Positions 57,537 through 64,000 of a stretch of 64,000 nt of DNA are shown one piece after another. A program made the position numbers and the translations under genes. The stretch comes from Opitutus sp. (GTDB taxonomy: Bacteria > Verrucomicrobiota > Verrucomicrobiia > Opitutales > Opitutaceae). The first letter of the stretch is position 1. Each line of letters starts with the position of its first letter. The stretch is from positions 1-64,000 of the forward strand of contig JBDSSD010000123.1 of assembly GCA_039928945.1 (NCBI GenBank), in the 5' to 3' direction. Below the pieces are notes generated by a model. The model was not told the origin of the DNA. It saw only the letters and a list, made by a program, of their open reading frames with translations, and made no database searches.

Positions 57537-58940
57537 ATGACCGTTCCTGTTGATTCATCCCCTCAACGCGCGTCAGCGCAGCCTCTCACCTTTTCCGAGA
57601 AGTTCGCGTATGGTCTCGGAGACACCGCTTCGAATTTCTATTTCCAGGCGTTCAACCTCTTCCTTGTATTCTACTACACGGATGTCTTCGGCCTCGCGTC
57701 CACTTCCGTCGGTACGCTCATGTTCGCGACGCCCATCCTGGTGGCGGCGCTGAATCCGGTGATCGGAATGATTGCGGATCGGACGAATAGCAGGTGGGGA
57801 AAATTCCGGCCGTACATTCTGTGGGGCGCGATCCCTTACGGCGTGCTCGGTTTCCTGATGTTTGCCAATCCGAAGTTCGGCGCCGAGGGCAAGCTCGTGT
57901 ATGCGTACGTTACCTACACGCTGGTCTTGATCACCTACGCCGCGATCAATACGCCGTACTCGGCCTTGATGGGCGTGATGTCGTCGTCCTCGGAAGACCG
58001 CACCTCTCTGTCAACTTATCGCTTCGCGTGCGCGTTCACGGGCGCCCTCCTGATCGGCTGGTTGGTCCCGTGGCTGAAAGACGCGCTGGCCGGAAGCGGC
58101 GGCGACCCGGCGGTCGGCTTTCGAAACACGATGGCGGTGTTCTCCGTGATTTCTGTCGCGATGTTTCTCTATACCTTCGCGAAAACGCGTGAACGCGTGG
58201 TTGCCCCGCCGAACGCCAACTCTTCGCTGAAGCAGGACGTGCGCGATTTGTTCGGCAACAGGCCTTGGTTGATATTGTTCTTCGTGGCTTTTCTCAACCT
58301 CACGAACGTCGGAATGCGCGGCGGTTCAGGAATCTACTACTTCAAATACTGCGTCGGCCAGGAATCGAGTCTCGGTACGTTCAATCTGGTGGGTTTTCTC
58401 TGCTTCATCGCCGGGGCACTCTCCACGAAATTGCTCCTGCGTTACGTGCGTCGTCGCGAGTTGGTCATCGCTCTGACCTGCATCAACGCCGTTGCGATGA
58501 TGGCGTTTTACTTCGTTGATCCGCATTCGCTGACGGCACTCTACGTCCTCAACGTGATTGGGCAATTTGCGGCGGGACCAACGCCTGCGATCATCTGGTC
58601 GCTGTACGCCGATACCGCTGATTACGGTCAGTGGAAATTCGGGCGACGCGCGACGGGCCTGATTTTTTCCGCTACGGTATTCGCACAGAAAGTCGGGCTC
58701 GCGATCGGCAGTGCGATGATTGGCTGGTTGCTGAGCTACTTCGGATTCGTCGCGAATGCCGAGCAGACGCCGCGGGCGTTTCAAGGAATTGTTCTCTTGT
58801 TCAGCCTGCTGCCGGGAATTTTTGGGCTCCTCAGCGGACTTGCGATTTTGCTCTACAAACTCGACGAGCCAACCGTGAAACGCATTGAAGGCGACCTTGC
58901 GGCCAAGAAATCTGCGGATGTCGCTCTGGCTGGGGCGTAG
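57537..58940 (+). CDS. MFS glycoside-pentoside-hexuronide (GPH):cation symporter
   Basis: It has 12 TM segments and is MelB/GPH-like (..KFAYGLGDTASNFYFQAFNLFLVFYYTDV..). The ATG at 57537 was verified. Confidence 0.82.
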   Translation: MTVPVDSSPQRASAQPLTFSEKFAYGLGDTASNFYFQAFNLFLVFYYTDVFGLASTSVGTLMFATPILVAALNPVIGMIADRTNSRWGKFRPYILWGAIPYGVLGFLMFANPKFGAEGKLVYAYVTYTLVLITYAAINTPYSALMGVMSSSSEDRTSLSTYRFACAFTGALLIGWLVPWLKDALAGSGGDPAVGFRNTMAVFSVISVAMFLYTFAKTRERVVAPPNANSSLKQDVRDLFGNRPWLILFFVAFLNLTNVGMRGGSGIYYFKYCVGQESSLGTFNLVGFLCFIAGALSTKLLLRYVRRRELVIALTCINAVAMMAFYFVDPHSLTALYVLNVIGQFAAGPTPAIIWSLYADTADYGQWKFGRRATGLIFSATVFAQKVGLAIGSAMIGWLLSYFGFVANAEQTPRAFQGIVLLFSLLPGIFGLLSGLAILLYKLDEPTVKRIEGDLAAKKSADVALAGA

Positions 58941-58955
58941 CGGCCACTGAAGAGA

Positions 58956-60242
58956 TTAGCCTCGCGGCGAGTCAGAACGTTTGCCGAAGAAGCGCCGACA
59001 CGCGAGAGCCGTGCCCGTGTAGACCAGGAAACATCCGCCGAATGACGCGAGGCCGGCGCCGAGCTGTCCTCCGAGGCCCAAGGCTTCACCCGTGTGAAGG
59101 AATCGGGTCCATCCGCGGAGCCGCCGTCCCGCCGACTGATCGGCGAAGGATTCCTGCCGCACGATGTCACCTGAAAACGGGTTCATCGTGACCGTGGTCG
59201 TTGCGGTACGTGGCCACGCACCGCTTGTTTTCACGGTAAACACCAGCGGCTGAGTCCCGTTTGCGCGTAAGGTCGGGGCACTCGCATCGGCAGCGCGTTC
59301 GAGCGGTGCATTCTGACGCGGTCGGTTCTCCGGCTGAGGACTTGCGCCAGCCGTCGTGGAAGGAGTGCGGCCCTCGCGTGCCGGTTCAGGCCGCGCTGGT
59401 CCGGCCAGCCGGAGCGTGATCTGTTCCCATTTTGGAAACGCGGTTTGCACTTTGACGAACTGCGCTTGGCGATCGAGTGGGTTCGTACCAGGCGGCACCG
59501 GGGGCAGAAGCACCGGCGCGTTAGCGGCTAAGCCCGGAGCAGGTTGAGCCGGCGGTTCTTCGCCCACGATTCGGTAGACCATGGTCGATCCCCAACGGAA
59601 TGAAATCGGGATCGCAGACAGCGTAAGCACAATCAAAACGGGCGCGCTCCACAGCCCGATGACGTTGTGCCAGTTGAAATCGCGACCGCGACCTTTCAGC
59701 CGTGGGTTAAATGTCGATACGGCGCGCACTGCCGACCAAGACCATTGTCGGGGCATCCAGAGATAAAGACCGGTCACAGCCAACACGAAGAACGCGAGAT
59801 TACTGATGCCGTTGATGAGTTTTCCGATTGGTCGCTGGTCGCCGGATAGAGCGAGGTAGCGATGCCAATCCGTCAGGCTTCGCATCCACGTCCGGACGGT
59901 CGTCGAATTCGGGGTTCGAACTTCACCGGTGTAGGGGTTGACGAAGGCGTTTGCGTCCCGACCCAACGCGAACGTCACGGCTTCGTGGGGATCGGCGGAA
60001 ACGTTGATCGCACTGGGCCGTGACTCCGGTTGAGCAAGACGCAGTCGCTGCGCCATTTCGTCCAAGCTGAGCTTGGACTCGTGTGGTGGAGTCGCGACGT
60101 AACGCGCATCGCGTTCAGACCACGCGACCAGTTGCTTTTCAAAAGCGAGTGCGGTGCCCGTGAAGCACATGACCGCGATCACCAACCCAGAAACAAGCCC
60201 CGCAATCAGGTGCACCCAAAAGAGAACGTTGCGAAATTTCAT
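58956..60242 (-). CDS. PepSY-associated-TM-helix membrane protein (partner of the siderophore receptor)
   Basis: MKFRNVLFWVHLIAGLVSGLVIAVMCFTGTALAFEKQL.. is the typical PepSY_TM N-terminus. It sits downstream of the TonB-dependent receptor. Confidence 0.75.
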   Translation of the reverse strand: MKFRNVLFWVHLIAGLVSGLVIAVMCFTGTALAFEKQLVAWSERDARYVATPPHESKLSLDEMAQRLRLAQPESRPSAINVSADPHEAVTFALGRDANAFVNPYTGEVRTPNSTTVRTWMRSLTDWHRYLALSGDQRPIGKLINGISNLAFFVLAVTGLYLWMPRQWSWSAVRAVSTFNPRLKGRGRDFNWHNVIGLWSAPVLIVLTLSAIPISFRWGSTMVYRIVGEEPPAQPAPGLAANAPVLLPPVPPGTNPLDRQAQFVKVQTAFPKWEQITLRLAGPARPEPAREGRTPSTTAGASPQPENRPRQNAPLERAADASAPTLRANGTQPLVFTVKTSGAWPRTATTTVTMNPFSGDIVRQESFADQSAGRRLRGWTRFLHTGEALGLGGQLGAGLASFGGCFLVYTGTALACRRFFGKRSDSPRG

Positions 60243-60298
60243 GGTGTCACGGCGGGTGAAGTGGGTAGGGCTTGGTCGTGTTGCTCCGAAGGGACGAC

Positions 60299-62572
60299 TT
60301 AGAACCGGTAGCCGAGTCGCACCGAAACATTACGAGGCGCGCCGAGCTCGAGGGCGGCTCCCGTGGTGCCGTTTACGAAATAGGTGTCATCGAGGACGTT
60401 CTCTACATTGAGCGCCGCGTCCCAGCGCTTTCCGATTCGATAATACAATCCTGCATCGACTCGCCAGTAGCTCGGCAGAATCAGCGGATCGGGCGCTGCG
60501 TTCGTGCGCGCCGCGGAACCACGCTCGTCCTGCCAGATCACGCCCAAGCTCACGCTGAAGTTTTTCAGGAGCTGATTTGAAAACCGGTAGTGGTTGTAAA
60601 CTGAGAATGCCCACGGCGGCGTCCGCTCTGTAAGGCTGCCAGGAATACGACCTTCGCCGCGATAAACTGAGTCCAGATAGCTGGCCGTCGCATTGAGCCG
60701 CCAGCCTGGAAGCGGGTGAGTCTCTGCGGCGAATTCGACTCCTTTGGTCAGGCGTCCGCCGCCCGTCTGGGTGTAGTAGCGGTTGCCGTTCGCATTGAAC
60801 TCGGCTGGCCCGGACTGAGTGAGAACGTTGTCGAGTTCCGTCCGAAAAACGCTGACCGTGAAGGCCGTGCTTGAGATCGGGAGGTCGAGCTTGGCGCCCA
60901 CTTCGAGATTAGTACCGGTGGTTGGTTTGAAGGCCCCCGTTTCGCCGAGAACGTTTTCGAACGATCCATCCGGCGGCGAATAGCTGGTCGAGTAACTGCC
61001 ATAGATCGCCATCGATGGGGTGATGTTGTGCACGAGCGAAGCGTTCGGAGTGACATCACCTTTCCGCGTTGCATTGAGAGCAGCTAGATTTGCCGGTGGT
61101 GGCGCGATCACGTTGGAGTAGTCGCGATCGAATTCCTGCTCACCATACCCCGCACCCAGAGTGAGAATCCAGCGGTTGTCTGCGAACGACGTTTGATTCT
61201 GGACGTAGGCGTTCCAATAAAAGTCATCGTTCAGGAAGGCGTTCACCAATACAGGGTGCTTGTCGATCAGCGGACTCAGCGGAACTCCCGTGTAGATATC
61301 AACGGGTGACTGATCTGGCTGCGTTGCGGAGGTTCGCGAGTGAGTGAGTCGGTAGAATCTCGCGTTTACTCCGAGTAGGGTGAAGTTCTTGACGCCGGCC
61401 GCGGTGGAGAGCTCGTAAGACGTGTTCACGTCGAAGGCGTGGTTCTGTCGGCCGATTTCGCTGACCGCCTGTCGACGATCGACGACCCAGCGCCCCGCGA
61501 CCCGTCGTAACGTGGCCGTCTGTACGCTGAACTGGTTCGAATCACTGTCGGTCTGAATGAAGCGGTAGGCGGAGTTTAACTTCCATGAGGGCGTCAACGT
61601 TGCCCGGAAATCAAATCCCGCGATCGTGTTTTCGAGGGTGCGTTCTCCCTTCGAATAATTGAGTGAAAGCGGCGTGAGGTCGGCGGTGTGGATCGGCCCG
61701 TAGATTCCGTCAGCGGTGGACAAAGAGGAGGCGGGGGAAATCGAGACGCCCCGTCCTGCGCCGAAGGGCTGGCGCTGCCAGAGCACGGTCGGCGTAAACT
61801 CGAAGCGATCATCAGCGCCAAACTTCCAGGTGAGCGCCGCAAGAAAACCGCGGTTCTGGTCGTTGATGCCGTCTTTGTAAGAAGCGAGATTTTGTAATTG
61901 GGCAGCGGCGCGATAGAGCACCTTCCCATCGCGCGTGAGCGGGCCGCCCGCATCGATTGAGATCTCAAACGAGTTGTTGGAACCGGCGTCGATTCCATGT
62001 CCCAAAAAGGTGGCGGCGCGCGTTTCGATTCGACCGAACGAGTGTGCGGTCGGCTTTTTCGTGACCAGGTTGATCACACCGCCCGGCACCGTGGCGGCAC
62101 CATATTGCAATCCCGCGGGACCACGGAGGTAGACGACGCTTTCCACGCTGAAAAGACTCGGGCTGAAGGTGCCGTTGGCGAGCAGCCCACTGAATCCATC
62201 GATCATGGTTTGATCGGGCCCCATATCGAAACCGCGCGACAGGAAATGGTAGCTGTCGCCGTCCTGACTTCGGGAGAACACGCCCGGCACGTAGCGAAAC
62301 GTATCCTCGAGACGGACGAAGTTCTGCTCTTGGATCCGCGCTCGGTCGATTACGGTCACGCTGCGCGGGGTCTCGTGCAAAGTGACGGGCATTTTCAATG
62401 CGGTCGCGTCGACGATCTGGGGCCGGCTTCCAATCACATCAACGGCCAACAGCTCGAGCGGATCGTTCGTGTTTACGACCGCAAGGTCGCCGCTGAAGCT
62501 CTCCTGCGCTCCGCAAAATGAAAACGCCGAGAAAGCGGCGAGTAATGCGAGGAGCTTCCGTGGTGCGGTCAT
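60299..62572 (-). CDS. TonB-dependent siderophore receptor
   Basis: A signal peptide is followed by a plug and a 22-strand barrel. The C-terminus is ..VRLGYRF. The length is 757 aa. Confidence 0.88.
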   Translation of the reverse strand: MTAPRKLLALLAAFSAFSFCGAQESFSGDLAVVNTNDPLELLAVDVIGSRPQIVDATALKMPVTLHETPRSVTVIDRARIQEQNFVRLEDTFRYVPGVFSRSQDGDSYHFLSRGFDMGPDQTMIDGFSGLLANGTFSPSLFSVESVVYLRGPAGLQYGAATVPGGVINLVTKKPTAHSFGRIETRAATFLGHGIDAGSNNSFEISIDAGGPLTRDGKVLYRAAAQLQNLASYKDGINDQNRGFLAALTWKFGADDRFEFTPTVLWQRQPFGAGRGVSISPASSLSTADGIYGPIHTADLTPLSLNYSKGERTLENTIAGFDFRATLTPSWKLNSAYRFIQTDSDSNQFSVQTATLRRVAGRWVVDRRQAVSEIGRQNHAFDVNTSYELSTAAGVKNFTLLGVNARFYRLTHSRTSATQPDQSPVDIYTGVPLSPLIDKHPVLVNAFLNDDFYWNAYVQNQTSFADNRWILTLGAGYGEQEFDRDYSNVIAPPPANLAALNATRKGDVTPNASLVHNITPSMAIYGSYSTSYSPPDGSFENVLGETGAFKPTTGTNLEVGAKLDLPISSTAFTVSVFRTELDNVLTQSGPAEFNANGNRYYTQTGGGRLTKGVEFAAETHPLPGWRLNATASYLDSVYRGEGRIPGSLTERTPPWAFSVYNHYRFSNQLLKNFSVSLGVIWQDERGSAARTNAAPDPLILPSYWRVDAGLYYRIGKRWDAALNVENVLDDTYFVNGTTGAALELGAPRNVSVRLGYRF

Positions 62573-62685
62573 GGGTCGAGTTGAAGAAGAGACTCGTTCT
62601 CAACTCAAGCGAAATATGAGACGGCATCTCAGTCTCAATAAAAACCGAGTTTGACGGACGGGCGTGCACCGAGCTTAACTTAGCC

Positions 62686-63771
62686 ATGGTCCACGAGTTG
62701 AACGTCGAAGTAGGGGATAGGCGGTATCCTATCATCCTGTCTGATAGCGCAGTTGAGACGGTCCGGGCGAAGGTCAAAGAGCTGTTGAGCACCGGCCGGA
62801 AAGTGGCGGTGGTAACGGACGCGCACGTGCGTGACGCACAAAAGCATGCCTTCGCAGCGATGTTCGAAGCGACACCTCTGTTGGCAGTCGAAGCGGGTGA
62901 AGGCGCCAAGTCACTCGAAACGCTCGGAGCAGTGCTGGATTTTTTGGCCGCCAACCGAATCGATCGAGCAGGGGCGGTGTTTGCGGTCGGTGGAGGTGTG
63001 GTGGGCGACCTCGCGGGGTTCGCTGCAGCGTCATGGCTCCGCGGAATCGACTTGTATCAAATACCCACGACGTTGTTGGCGATGGTCGACAGCTCCGTTG
63101 GTGGCAAAACGGGCATCAATATACCAGCGGGCAAAAACCTGGTCGGGGCGTTCCACCAGCCTCGGGGCGTGTACATCGGGACCGATCTGCTGCAAACCCT
63201 GCCTCCGCGGGAGTTCGCCGCGGGCATGGCGGAGGTCATCAAGTACGGTTTGCTTGGCGACCCAGCTTTGTTCGACCAACTGGAACGTGACGCGCTGACG
63301 GTCGCCAGTGTCGATTTGGCAAAAGTAATACGGCGGTGTTGTGAATTAAAAGCAGCCATCGTGGCCGCTGATGAGCGGGAAACAGCTGTCGAAGGAGGAC
63401 GGGCGCTCTTGAATTTGGGTCACACGTTCGGGCATGCGATTGAACAGGTCGCAGGATACGGTGTTTACCTCCATGGCGAGGCCGTCGCGATCGGTTTGGC
63501 GGCGGCCGGGCGTCTCTCCCACCATCTGGGGCACCTCAAAGCTCTCGACGTCGAGCGGATTGATCGAGTGCTGGTGAGACATTCCCTGCCAACTCGACTT
63601 CGATCGGCGTTAGGGCTGCCCGACCTTTTTGGCGCAATGTCACGCGACAAGAAAGTAAGGGGCGGTATGCCGCGGTTTGTCGTATTGAAATCTCTCGGTC
63701 ACGCCATCACCCAGGACGGTATCTCGCTCGACTTGGCGGAAAAGGCGTTTCGCGCCGTGGGGGCAGAATAG
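62686..63771 (+). CDS. aroB: 3-dehydroquinate synthase
   Basis: ..GGGVVGDLAGFAAASWLRGIDLYQIPTTLLAMVDSSVGGKTGIN.. is the DHQS signature. Confidence 0.9.
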   Translation: MVHELNVEVGDRRYPIILSDSAVETVRAKVKELLSTGRKVAVVTDAHVRDAQKHAFAAMFEATPLLAVEAGEGAKSLETLGAVLDFLAANRIDRAGAVFAVGGGVVGDLAGFAAASWLRGIDLYQIPTTLLAMVDSSVGGKTGINIPAGKNLVGAFHQPRGVYIGTDLLQTLPPREFAAGMAEVIKYGLLGDPALFDQLERDALTVASVDLAKVIRRCCELKAAIVAADERETAVEGGRALLNLGHTFGHAIEQVAGYGVYLHGEAVAIGLAAAGRLSHHLGHLKALDVERIDRVLVRHSLPTRLRSALGLPDLFGAMSRDKKVRGGMPRFVVLKSLGHAITQDGISLDLAEKAFRAVGAE

Positions 63772-63849
63772 CCTAACATGGTGTTCGGGCTCGAGCCGTT
63801 CGTAAATCGACGCTTCCGTTAGTCTCGGTTTCGCGACTAAATCGATTCC

Positions 63850-64000
63850 ATGTCAGCCATCGACGAAGGAATCGTTCGAGAATACTTCGAACAAAACGGA
63901 TTCCTGGTTCGTCAGGCGCGGAAGTATCAAGTCGTCGCGCGCCGCAAAAACGCGCAGGAGGAAATCGATCTGATGGTCTACAATCCCGGCTGGCAGCGCG
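63850..64000 (+). CDS. hypothetical protein, N-terminal fragment (runs off the window end)
   Basis: MSAIDEGIVREYFEQNGFLVRQARKYQVVARRKNAQEEIDLMVYNPGW.. No family was recognised. Confidence 0.3.
   Translation, partial: MSAIDEGIVREYFEQNGFLVRQARKYQVVARRKNAQEEIDLMVYNPGWQR

Noticed and set aside
1-64000. CRISPR arrays, rRNA or tRNA genes
   Set aside because: No regularly spaced direct repeats with unique spacers were seen. No rRNA-like conserved stretches or cloverleaf-compatible segments were found in the intergenic regions.

Overview
This is a high-GC, gene-dense chromosomal segment from a Gram-negative (diderm) bacterium. It carries Lpt, OMPLA and TonB-dependent receptor genes, and the gene content and style are compatible with a Verrucomicrobiota/Opitutae-like genome, though that placement is a low-confidence inference. 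About 50 protein-coding genes are supported. The housekeeping set includes valS, glnD, htpG, glgX, aroB, fpg/nei, a DEAD-box helicase, lptF/G, dgkA, pldA and a deoxyhypusine-synthase-like gene. There is a complete Liv-type branched-chain amino-acid ABC operon with three tandem paralogous substrate-binding proteins and an embedded PH-domain membrane protein. There is a beta-glucan utilisation cluster (GH16, GH1, LacI regulator, a 1040-aa TonB-dependent receptor, a GPH symporter). There is a siderophore TonB receptor with a PepSY partner, and a flotillin/small-membrane-protein/APC-permease operon. No rRNA, tRNA or CRISPR was found. The features most worth a second look are as follows. (1) A REP-associated tyrosine transposase (RAYT) is flanked by inverted 25-bp REP hairpins, and four more copies of the same REP sit in other intergenic regions, two of them as an inverted doublet. 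(2) At least two further families of GC-rich palindromic repeats share a GACGTAG leader, including a roughly 200-bp MITE/BIME-like element. (3) There is a clear homolog of the GATC-binding replication regulator SeqA, which is unexpected outside Dam-methylating Gammaproteobacteria. (4) A frameshifted treY (maltooligosyl-trehalose synthase) remnant lies beside glgX, the decayed relic of a glgX-treYZ operon. (5) Perfect palindromic operators lie in the TetR/DsrE-like and LacI/TonB divergent promoter regions. (6) There is a low-GC roughly 200-bp island and a roughly 450-nt leader upstream of the DEAD-box helicase. The ORF track uses TTG/GTG starts, and several long ORFs are N-terminally over-extended. 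Where I could see the true start in the sequence I give the corrected coordinate.
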